Source of the DNA: a virus
DNA: 64,000 nt
Direction: 5' to 3' (one strand)
IMG/VR virus record: IMGVR_UViG_3300042261_000868
Span: 16,665-80,664 of that record
The notes under the pieces were generated by a model. That model did not search any database. It saw only the letters and a list, made by a program, of their open reading frames with translations, and was not told where the DNA came from. The translations under genes were made by a program, and so were the position numbers. Shown here piece after piece: positions 39,885 to 48,142 of the stretch; the stretch's first letter is position 1; every line of letters begins with the position of its first letter.

Positions 39885-42800
39885 ATGCAGTTTCCATATA
39901 AAATTTATCAAGTAAGAAATCCATCTGTTCCAGCATATGTCTATATGGGTAAGGCCACCATCGCTGGATATTATGGTGCAAAATCATCTAATTTCCCCCA
40001 CCAAGTCCGTAAGGACTGTCAAGATATTTTTCTTTTTGCTACTATAGTTGGTGGTAAGAATATTAAAATAACAGCAGCAACCGAAACCGACCCATATATG
40101 TATATTGATACAAGATGGACTAATTTTGTATCATCTGCCGATACTTCAGCATCTTATAGTTTTCTTAAAGAAGCAACAACCGATTCTAATTTTACCTTAA
40201 AAGCATCTTTCCGCTCCCTTAATAGCGATGGATCATTGTTAATAAAATCTGGAGCAAATTCCAAATTTTTCTGGAATGGTGTTGAAAATGTAGTTGATCC
40301 AGACTTACCTTCAAATTTAACATGTCAAACCGATGATGTCACAGAAGAAGACGGTCAGATAATAATTAAAAGATATGACTATACTCTAGTTGATAACCCA
40401 ATCACCAAGCCATATTGGGATAAGAAATCAGTATCGTTGATTGATACTAAACTAGTGGATCAAGATAACTATAAAGTCTTAATGCAATTAAAGTCAATTG
40501 TTGGTAGTGAATGTATCAAAGTTGAAGATACCGATAGAGGAACAATTAGAATAAGTTATAACAAAGAATTGTGTCCATGTGGCTGCTTCGACTTTGACAC
40601 CAGTGTTTCGTCTAGTTCAAGCTCTATCGAGGTCTGTGCTGGTTTAAGCTCCTTCTGCGATTCTTCGTCCTCCTTGTCCAGTAGTTCAAGTTCCTCCAGC
40701 TCCTCAAGTTCCTCCAGCTCCTCAAGTTCCTCCAGCTCCTCAAGTTCCTCAAGTTCCTCCAGCTCCTCAAGTTCCTCCAGCTCCTCAAGTTCCTCAAGCA
40801 GTACCAGTGAATCCAGCACTTCTTCATCAAGTACCTCAAGCAACTCTAGCTCCAGTTCTTCTTTTGATGAGCGATGTGAGCCGTTTGTTTATGCTTCTAC
40901 TCCAGTTGTGGATTCGTTATTTGGGCAGAGTATTGCAGTATCCGAAGACGGTGAATGGGTAGCGGTTGGAGCACCAGGCGAAAAGGCTGTTTATATTTTC
41001 CAAACCCCAGTAAGTCTCCCAACTGGTTTACCTGGATATACACAAATCGCAAAGATAACAAGTACAGACAAAGACTTTGGCTGGAGTGTTGACTTCTCAT
41101 CTGATGCCGAATGGTTAGTTGTTGGTGCCCCAGGATACAACAATGATCAAGGCCGTATACATATCTTCTCAGAAACCGCCATTGGTGGTTGGGCATTGGC
41201 ATCGGTCCCAACATATACCATTTCTGGTACAGGTACACTTCAAAGGGGATTAACGCTAAACCTTATTGGTCATAGATTCGGCCAGAGTGTGTGTATTAAC
41301 AACGGTGCTACGGTTGGTGCTGCTAGTGTATTAGTCGGTTGCCCATACTTCACCGAAAATCCAAATGTATATGGCATAAATGCTGGTTCAGCATTTAGTT
41401 ACAAGTATTCTGGTGGTCCTTGGGTTGAAGAAAGAATCATACCATTTGATGCAGAACAACAAGATAAATTTGGTTGGGATGTTGCATTAACATCAGACGG
41501 CCTTTCAGCAGTAATAGGTAGCTATGAAGATGCTGACAATGGCATTCAAAGTGGCTCTGCTTATGTTTATAGTTATTCTGGGTCTTGGACTTTGAATACA
41601 AAATTATTAGCATCTGATGGTCAAGAAGGCGACAGATATGGAAGTGCAGTAGCTATTGCCGATAATAGCGGCACACTTCACGTTGCTATCGGTTCACCTC
41701 AACATAATAGCGACTTGGGTGCTGTTTATATGTATAACAATGCCTCTGGTTGGCAAGAGCAGAAGATGACATCAATAAACCCAATTTCAAATGAGAGATT
41801 TGGTTTTGATGTTTCTCTTAATAGTTGTGGAAGTATGGCTGCTATTTCTTCTGTTCCTAGAAATTATTCATATGAGCCATTCTCTGGGTTTGCTAAGTTA
41901 TTAACAAGAGACACATTAACTCATTGGACAATAGATGAAGAGCTTATGTTCTCTGGTCAAACCATTAACGATGGTTATGCTTTTGCAGTTGACTTATCCG
42001 AAACTGGAAGTCATGTTGGTATTGCTGCACCTTACTACGATTCAAAAACTGGTTATATTAGATTAATCAGTCTTGAATCGGACTGTTATAATTGGATAGT
42101 TCCTTGTGTCGGAGAGGAGAGATCAAGTTCATCATCAAGTTCTTCTTCAAATTTATCATCAAATTCTTCTTCAAGTTCATCATCAAGTTCTTCTTCAAGT
42201 TCATCATCAAGTTCTTCTTCAAGTTCATCATCAAGTTCTTCTTCAAGTTCATCATCAAGTTCTTCCACAAGTAGCTCAAGTTCCTCTTATTATGAAACAT
42301 ATGGGTCGCAAGGTATTAATATTGGAACTGGAAGTCCACCAGGAAGTTCCACTTGTTCTGGTGGTATATGGACTATAGTTGGTGGCGGTGGTGGTACTAT
42401 TGGTGGTGTTTCTAATTTCCCCGTTGAAAATTCATATATGCATTATAGATATATGGAAGTTTCTGGTGATTTCTACTTGGGGGCACGTATTACCTCTTTT
42501 TCAGCAGATGGAATAAATAGGATGGGTGGAATAATATTCCGCGAAACCCTAGAACCCGATTCGAGAGAAATGGCTTTTGTATTGTCAGATATCCCAGGAG
42601 GAGTATATAATAAAATACATACTTCTCATCGTGGCAATATTGATAATATCTATTATTGGTCAGATGGACAATACGCTCCTGATTTGTCCACAACACCACC
42701 TAATATATGGTTGGGAATAGAGAGATATGGAGATGAGTTCTTTACTTATTATTCTATAGATGGAACAAACTGGCATGGGTGGGTATTTGCTAACATACCA

Positions 42801-42920
42801 ATGAATTCTAATTATTTTGTTGGATTGGCTGCATCTAATTTAGATGGAAATGTATCAATTACCTTCTCTGATGTTTATCCACAAATAGGAAACAGTATTG
42901 ATGTTCCTCCCAACCCATAA
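39885..42920 (+). CDS. FG-GAP repeat beta-propeller protein with two poly-Ser linkers and a C-terminal ConA/DUF1349-like domain
   Basis: About seven FG.SVA.S.DG...VGAP repeats; poly-Ser tracts; C-terminal GDF...ARI......GIIFRETL...WL..ER.GD.F..YYS.DG..W. Confidence 0.8.
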   Translation: MQFPYKIYQVRNPSVPAYVYMGKATIAGYYGAKSSNFPHQVRKDCQDIFLFATIVGGKNIKITAATETDPYMYIDTRWTNFVSSADTSASYSFLKEATTDSNFTLKASFRSLNSDGSLLIKSGANSKFFWNGVENVVDPDLPSNLTCQTDDVTEEDGQIIIKRYDYTLVDNPITKPYWDKKSVSLIDTKLVDQDNYKVLMQLKSIVGSECIKVEDTDRGTIRISYNKELCPCGCFDFDTSVSSSSSSIEVCAGLSSFCDSSSSLSSSSSSSSSSSSSSSSSSSSSSSSSSSSSSSSSSSSSSSSSSTSESSTSSSSTSSNSSSSSSFDERCEPFVYASTPVVDSLFGQSIAVSEDGEWVAVGAPGEKAVYIFQTPVSLPTGLPGYTQIAKITSTDKDFGWSVDFSSDAEWLVVGAPGYNNDQGRIHIFSETAIGGWALASVPTYTISGTGTLQRGLTLNLIGHRFGQSVCINNGATVGAASVLVGCPYFTENPNVYGINAGSAFSYKYSGGPWVEERIIPFDAEQQDKFGWDVALTSDGLSAVIGSYEDADNGIQSGSAYVYSYSGSWTLNTKLLASDGQEGDRYGSAVAIADNSGTLHVAIGSPQHNSDLGAVYMYNNASGWQEQKMTSINPISNERFGFDVSLNSCGSMAAISSVPRNYSYEPFSGFAKLLTRDTLTHWTIDEELMFSGQTINDGYAFAVDLSETGSHVGIAAPYYDSKTGYIRLISLESDCYNWIVPCVGEERSSSSSSSSSNLSSNSSSSSSSSSSSSSSSSSSSSSSSSSSSSSSSSSSTSSSSSSYYETYGSQGINIGTGSPPGSSTCSGGIWTIVGGGGGTIGGVSNFPVENSYMHYRYMEVSGDFYLGARITSFSADGINRMGGIIFRETLEPDSREMAFVLSDIPGGVYNKIHTSHRGNIDNIYYWSDGQYAPDLSTTPPNIWLGIERYGDEFFTYYSIDGTNWHGWVFANIPMNSNYFVGLAASNLDGNVSITFSDVYPQIGNSIDVPPNP
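40662..40862 (+). repeat. Ser-codon microsatellite (9-bp units AGTTCCTCC/AGCTCCTCA)
   Basis: Directly visible; encodes a long poly-Ser run. Confidence 0.9.
42123..42288 (+). repeat. Ser-codon tandem repeat (24-bp unit TCAAGTTCATCATCAAGTTCTTCT)
   Basis: Directly visible; second poly-Ser run. Confidence 0.9.
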
Positions 42921-43013
42921 AGGGATTGGGCTTCTAAAGTAAAACTTTAGAAGCCCAATCCGACATTCATCCCATCGGCTAAACCCATCGGCTAAAGCCA
43001 ATGGGTTTTCTGG
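42898..43013 (-). mobile_element. miniature non-autonomous IS200/IS605-like element (PATE-like remnant)
   Basis: Minus strand reads GAAAACCCATTGGCTTTAGCCGATGGG...ATGAATG, then GAAGCCCAATCCCTTTATGGGTTGGGAGGAACATCAA: two imperfect terminal hairpins resembling tnpB-element ends, with no transposase between them. Confidence 0.55.
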
Positions 43014-43025
43014 TGGGACAATGAT

Positions 43026-43055
43026 AAAAAAGGAGGCTTTTATGCCTCCTTTTTT
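43026..43055. terminator. bidirectional intrinsic terminator at the strand switch
   Basis: AAAAAAGGAGGC-TTTTAT-GCCTCCTTTTTT between convergent gene blocks. Confidence 0.9.
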
Positions 43056-43056
43056 G

Positions 43057-43782
43057 TTAAATATTCTTTTTCGCTTTATCAAATAAAAGTCGCTTTAATG
43101 TATTCATCTGTGACATTAGATTAGATTTAGTTTTCTCATCAGTTGCTTTAGAGATTTCATATTCTAATTTTTTATAAATGGTTTCTACCATACCCTCTTG
43201 TTTATTGTTAAGACTATACTTACAGTCTTTAACAAGAGTCCCAGCAATAGAACACCAATCAGTGACTTCCTCAATACGATACTTCGTATTTTTCTCCATT
43301 AACTTCATTTCAAAAGCGATGCTTTCGCGTTTAATTTGAAGTCTTTTTAAATCAAACTTCATTAACATTGGATCACCCATTTCTTTAGGAACTTCATTTG
43401 ATTCAATAAGAGCGTGGAGTGCGCCTATTTTATAATCTAATTCTTCTATGTCAACTTTAATAGACTCAATTTTATAAACATTCCTAACGAGTTCATTAAA
43501 GTGGACCTCTGCCTCTGCCTTACATTGCCAAAATTTAGCATCGGCTGTGGGGAATTGACCATCTGAAAGCACAGATGCCAATTTAACAATCATTGGTCTA
43601 TATTGTGGGGTGTCCACAAAAGATGATATAGCAAAATCCTTAGCAGCATTGAGTGCCTTAATATCCTCTGGGGATATTAAGGTTTGCTCAACGAAAACCT
43701 TAAGGATATTTTTAGTCTCTTCGGCTACTTGGGTACTTGCTTCAAGTTTCTTAAGTGGAACTATGCTCTGATTATCTGTCAT
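43057..43782 (-). CDS. hypothetical coiled-coil protein
   Basis: 241 aa; FPT.DAKFWQC..E motif followed by heptad repeats. Confidence 0.7.
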   Translation of the reverse strand: MTDNQSIVPLKKLEASTQVAEETKNILKVFVEQTLISPEDIKALNAAKDFAISSFVDTPQYRPMIVKLASVLSDGQFPTADAKFWQCKAEAEVHFNELVRNVYKIESIKVDIEELDYKIGALHALIESNEVPKEMGDPMLMKFDLKRLQIKRESIAFEMKLMEKNTKYRIEEVTDWCSIAGTLVKDCKYSLNNKQEGMVETIYKKLEYEISKATDEKTKSNLMSQMNTLKRLLFDKAKKNI

Positions 43783-44414
43783 TTTTTTCCTTTTTTATGT
43801 TTCTTATTTTTATTTGGGATAACCTCATCTGCAATATTAAACTTCAAGGCTTCTTGGGCTGTTAACCAGATGTCGTGTTCAGCAAGTAATTCTTTTTCAA
43901 TCTCTTTCTTTCTAAGACCCGTGCAGTTCATATAATGAGCAAGCATACGATCATATGTGCTTTTGAATTCTTTATTAACAGAGATAAGGTTATTATGACC
44001 ACCAGCGGCACCCCAACTATAAAGATGACTCATGATGGATGTTTTTTCGGTAACAACTCTTTTTCCAGGTTCACCATTCATAAAAATCATTAAAGCGGCA
44101 CTTGCGATTTGCCCTAAACCAGTTGTGTAAACTGGAGTAGTAATATAATCCATAACATCACAAATTTGCCAAGCAGCATTAATAGAACCACCGCCACTAT
44201 TAATAATCATTGTAATTGGGTGGAAGTTATTAGTCATATTGTTTATTTTGTCTAATGCGACCATTTGTTGTGTTGCCGCAACTGCTGTTTGAAGGGTAAT
44301 TTCACCGACAATGTAAACGATATAATCAAGTGGATTTATTCTAATGACTGATTCTTCGTGCTCATCATCCTGATCTTGCTCGTTAACTACTTCTTCGTTT
44401 GGTTTTTTAATCAT
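43779..44414 (-). CDS. clpP: ATP-dependent Clp protease proteolytic subunit homologue
   Basis: INSGGGS, G..ASAA (catalytic Ser), GKR....SIMSH (His), HDIWLTAQEAL..IADEV (Asp). Confidence 0.9.
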   Translation of the reverse strand: MIKKPNEEVVNEQDQDDEHEESVIRINPLDYIVYIVGEITLQTAVAATQQMVALDKINNMTNNFHPITMIINSGGGSINAAWQICDVMDYITTPVYTTGLGQIASAALMIFMNGEPGKRVVTEKTSIMSHLYSWGAAGGHNNLISVNKEFKSTYDRMLAHYMNCTGLRKKEIEKELLAEHDIWLTAQEALKFNIADEVIPNKNKKHKKGKK

Positions 44415-44423
44415 TGAAGCCTT

Positions 44424-44660
44424 TCATTGTTTTGGGGGTGCTTGTCCGATATTCTCGTTTGGAGTCATAACTGTTGATATATCTATCATTAAAGATAATT
44501 CTTTATAGTTTTTTCCTTTTCTTTCTAGAAAGTGCGAACCGCCTCGAATTGCGAGCGACCCACACGAACACTTCTCATATTTATTTGCATCTTTGGAGAT
44601 AAGAATATCTCCACAATCCAAACATTTTGCTTTATTTAACTTTACCATTCCTAAGCTCAT
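44424..44660 (-). CDS. zinc-ribbon phage protein
   Basis: NKAKCLDCGDILIS...CSCG...I.GG. Confidence 0.7.
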   Translation of the reverse strand: MSLGMVKLNKAKCLDCGDILISKDANKYEKCSCGSLAIRGGSHFLERKGKNYKELSLMIDISTVMTPNENIGQAPPKQ

Positions 44661-45274
44661 AATATTTTCTCCATGTGCATTATACTGAATACTTGTTCTT
44701 TAAGGCGATCTATCCATCCGTCGCGGTCTTCGTTAATTACAATGTAATCCCAAACTTCAGGCTTTTCAATATCTGGTAACTCACCATCAGCCCCGTCATT
44801 TTTAAATACTCCACCAGGGCGATGAATTAAAATCTTTAATAATCTTGGTGTGGGTTCATCCTTTATATATTTCTTTTTATAAAATTCAAAAGAGCGAGTA
44901 AAACAAGCACTTTCATTTGGGAATCTATAATCAGATACGATACCAATTTTTGCATCTGAAAGGAGTAATTCTTGATAAACACTATTGGCCCACACATCAG
45001 ACCAGATCGCTCTTGCTGCACAACCCTCTTTAATAAGAACATCTCTGACACTTAAACCACCTAGATGCTCTGGCTTAGACATTTTATAGTTATTATCGTC
45101 CATCTTATAAAAGTCTAAATTATACCTTTCAGCGACTTGCTGTTTCAATAGTTTTGCAAAATAACTCCTACAATATGGAATTTTTTTATCTTTAAAAGTC
45201 TCTTCAAGGATATTACAACAAGTATCTTTACCGTGCTGTTGACGGTGGCCGAACAAAAGAATATGGGACAACAT
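44657..45274 (-). CDS. deoxynucleoside monophosphate kinase (T4 gp1-like)
   Basis: G...HGKDT P-loop, FAKLLKQ, RDVL..EG, VWAN, SDYRFPNE. Confidence 0.85.
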   Translation of the reverse strand: MLSHILLFGHRQQHGKDTCCNILEETFKDKKIPYCRSYFAKLLKQQVAERYNLDFYKMDDNNYKMSKPEHLGGLSVRDVLIKEGCAARAIWSDVWANSVYQELLLSDAKIGIVSDYRFPNESACFTRSFEFYKKKYIKDEPTPRLLKILIHRPGGVFKNDGADGELPDIEKPEVWDYIVINEDRDGWIDRLKEQVFSIMHMEKIL

Positions 45275-45325
45275 AAACGACTCCTTCGCTATTATTACAC
45301 TTATTATAAGTGCAAGATAATAGTT

Positions 45326-45517
45326 TCAATCACTGTTTTTTGATTTACGGAAGAAGCCATCGCCCAAATTTTCATTTTGCTCGCTTTTTTGTTCAAGCAT
45401 CACAGAGCTAATACCTTCACGAAGGCATTTTGGACAAATGATATTCTGATTACAACTTCCAGCTTTTACTGAAATAGTTACACTCTGACATGTTGGACAT
45501 CTAAACATTATTTCCAT
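45326..45517 (-). CDS. small zinc-finger protein
   Basis: CPTC...CPKC. Confidence 0.6.
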   Translation of the reverse strand: MEIMFRCPTCQSVTISVKAGSCNQNIICPKCLREGISSVMLEQKSEQNENLGDGFFRKSKNSD

Positions 45518-45518
45518 A

Positions 45519-45896
45519 TTATTTCCTTAAACCAAACCTCTGATATAGTAATTGATCTTGAGTTAACTTTGGTTTGTTTAAATAGCTCAAGTTAGAATTA
45601 GATTGCTGCTCTTGGAATCGTGCCATCTGAATTCGCTGTTGTGGGCGTAAGTGTTGTATGTTTGGAGGAGGTGGTGCTTGACGTTTGATACCAAGCATTT
45701 CTGGACTAATATCAGCGGGTAAACCATTTTCTTGAATAATACCCATTGCTATTTGCTTCCTAATAGCTTGTTTAGTTTCTTCTTGCTCTTTAATGGTGTG
45801 ATTAAGATTAGCTCTTACGACAAACCATTTTGTTTGCTTAGGATCGTATGGCAATTCTTCTGGGTTGTCAAAATCTGTTTCTGAGCTAATATACAT
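45519..45896 (-). CDS. hypothetical protein
   Basis: GGAG RBS; TATAAATA upstream at 45906-45913. Confidence 0.65.
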   Translation of the reverse strand: MYISSETDFDNPEELPYDPKQTKWFVVRANLNHTIKEQEETKQAIRKQIAMGIIQENGLPADISPEMLGIKRQAPPPPNIQHLRPQQRIQMARFQEQQSNSNLSYLNKPKLTQDQLLYQRFGLRK

Positions 45897-45917
45897 AACA
45901 TCTCCTATTTATAAGAG

Positions 45918-46913
45918 TCAGAGTACCAAGTATCCATGTGTTGTAACATTCATGCAATACTTATAGACGGTTTCATACTCTTTAAGTAATTGCACTATTT
46001 TAACAGTTTTCTCTAATTTATCTCCATTAACTTCATAGAGACTTAAAATTTTAAGTTGCTTGTGGGCATGGAGAAGATAATTATAGAAGTTAATAACCCC
46101 ATGCACAGTTCGAGCCAATAAACGATTATTAAATGCCATAGCAACTTGTGGGTGCTTAACAATGTTCTCTGGGAGTGTCTTATGGGAAACTTCTGTCCAA
46201 ATTTTTCCAATGTTGTTGCAAGTATCCCTAATATCAGCGGAAACCGATCTAGCGGGATTGTTCTGTTTTTGGAGTGCTATGTTTTCCCTCTGCATCTGAA
46301 TGATGTTCTCCATTAAATCGTCAGGAATAAAAAACTCTGGCTCATCACAACCGATTAGATAAAGATAGTCCCTTGATTTATCATTAGCTTTTATGCTGGC
46401 AACATATTGAATCGTCTGTGGTTTGTTTGTCCAATTATTGCAGATAAGAGCATATCTCTTAAACTCTTCCTCATCGGAGCCGCTATTGCACTTATTGATA
46501 ATTGTTTGTTTGCTTCCTTTCATCTGAAAGCAACCAAAAAAGGTAGATGTGCTGGACTCTGAACGTCTCCCAAACAACTGATCCAAGGTTTTAATTTTAC
46601 GGTTCTTAAGATATTTCGTGGAGTTACCTCCAAAGAAATCTGGAGTGTTGATTCGCTCATGCTGGCTAGTAAACCCAACATTCCAGATGGTAGAAAGCCC
46701 AATGTGGTCAAATGGATTACCTTGCTCCTTTTCCAATTCAGACAATTCAAAAAACATATTCAAGTATGACTTAGCAGAAATTGAAGCAGTTGGAGTATTG
46801 GTACTATCTGTACCCGATGCTGGGTCAAGGCTAATAATAGTCCCACCCATAATTGCGGTACGGAGATTGTTTATTTTAAAAGTCTCTTCAATTTTCTTGA
46901 TGGGATCACTCAT
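45918..46913 (-). CDS. hypothetical protein overlapping the AAA ATPase stop
   Basis: 331 aa; 8-bp overlap with the upstream ORF suggests translational coupling. Confidence 0.75.
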   Translation of the reverse strand: MSDPIKKIEETFKINNLRTAIMGGTIISLDPASGTDSTNTPTASISAKSYLNMFFELSELEKEQGNPFDHIGLSTIWNVGFTSQHERINTPDFFGGNSTKYLKNRKIKTLDQLFGRRSESSTSTFFGCFQMKGSKQTIINKCNSGSDEEEFKRYALICNNWTNKPQTIQYVASIKANDKSRDYLYLIGCDEPEFFIPDDLMENIIQMQRENIALQKQNNPARSVSADIRDTCNNIGKIWTEVSHKTLPENIVKHPQVAMAFNNRLLARTVHGVINFYNYLLHAHKQLKILSLYEVNGDKLEKTVKIVQLLKEYETVYKYCMNVTTHGYLVL

Positions 46914-48096
46914 ATGTCATCCATTCCTTAAGGTTTTTGGGTTCTGTTAGGACTCCTTTTTTAACAAGGTAATCGCATACCTTTATGTTAAACTCTACAT
47001 CCATAAGTATTCTGTCTTTAATAATAGGATTGCCGTTGAATATAGCAGCACAAGAGTCAGATGGTACGATAGCATTGTTAAAGAACTTAAACATCCAATC
47101 CATGTCATTAATGGTCAATGTATCCTTACGATCATTGATCCAATTATTGATTGAATCAATGAGTTTTCCAAGGATATCAACACGTTCTGTCTTAACACCT
47201 TCAATCTTGGTAGTTAATGCTTCGGTAATCAACTGTTCATTATTATCATAGTCAAGCAAATGGTCAATAGTTATATTACAACCCCTCTTTGAGAATTCGG
47301 CCAACCATTCATCGGCAAATTGTTCACCCAAATAGGTTTCAATAATGTGCTTACCATGCTGACGAACCCAATCTGCGGGCTTCTTACCAATAACCCGCAT
47401 GGTGTGGTCAATGGAACGACGAGTTGGTTTAATCTGGAAATCAAGTTTAAAATTACCAATTGTCATAAACTCTGGATTCTTTTTAAGGACATTAATAGTA
47501 ACTTGGTCCATTCCAGTTGATTTAAGGAAATTGATGTATTCAGTATTGGTCGGCTTAAAGATACAGTGACCGACACGGTTTAACATAGCCTCATCACTGA
47601 TGGTATTAACCTCATACTCATCGGTAGGTGGGTTCATCGCACAGATAATGGCATCTTCTTTATTAACACTATGGGTATGCAACTTGCCACCAATTAAAAA
47701 AGGAAGCATAGCAGACAAGACGAACCGATTGCCTCTATTAAATTCGTCTAAAAAGAAGAGGTTAGGCATACCAGTAGCCTTAGAATTCTCAAGTGCCTTA
47801 TGTAGCCACTCAGGGCACGACCAAACAGTGGCATTGCCGATTACCTTCCCATTCTCGTCCTTATACTCCACTGACTTAGGAATGCCTATTAGATCGCAAA
47901 TGTCGCCTTGGGTAGCCAAGTGGACCACCACGAGGTTATAGCCCCGCTTTTGAGCTATCTGGGTCACGAATTCAGTCTTTCCTACACCCGCAAGGCCCCA
48001 TAGAGCTACAGGGAGCTTATAATCGCCCTTGGAGGAGTCTAAAGAGAAGTTAATAATCTCTTCAATCTGGGTACAGTCGAATACTTGTGTTGGCAT
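46906..48096 (-). CDS. MoxR-like AAA+ ATPase (AAA_5 type)
   Basis: Walker A WGLAGVGKT, DLIGIP, Walker B LFFLDEFNR, AMNP, AMLNR, PTRRS. Confidence 0.88.
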   Translation of the reverse strand: MPTQVFDCTQIEEIINFSLDSSKGDYKLPVALWGLAGVGKTEFVTQIAQKRGYNLVVVHLATQGDICDLIGIPKSVEYKDENGKVIGNATVWSCPEWLHKALENSKATGMPNLFFLDEFNRGNRFVLSAMLPFLIGGKLHTHSVNKEDAIICAMNPPTDEYEVNTISDEAMLNRVGHCIFKPTNTEYINFLKSTGMDQVTINVLKKNPEFMTIGNFKLDFQIKPTRRSIDHTMRVIGKKPADWVRQHGKHIIETYLGEQFADEWLAEFSKRGCNITIDHLLDYDNNEQLITEALTTKIEGVKTERVDILGKLIDSINNWINDRKDTLTINDMDWMFKFFNNAIVPSDSCAAIFNGNPIIKDRILMDVEFNIKVCDYLVKKGVLTEPKNLKEWMTYE

Positions 48097-48114
48097 ATCG
48101 GTCCTCTGGAGGGT

Positions 48115-48141
48115 ATTATATGGTTATTTTTTTAAAGTCAA
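48115..48141 (-). promoter_or_regulatory. sigma70-like promoter for the AAA gene
   Basis: TTGACT-15 nt-TATAAT. Confidence 0.55.
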
Positions 48142-48142
48142 T

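Noticed and set aside
40556-40843. Minus-strand ORFs with (ELE)n repeats, and similar ORFs at 42067-42378
   Set aside because: They are shadow frames of the poly-Ser repeats.
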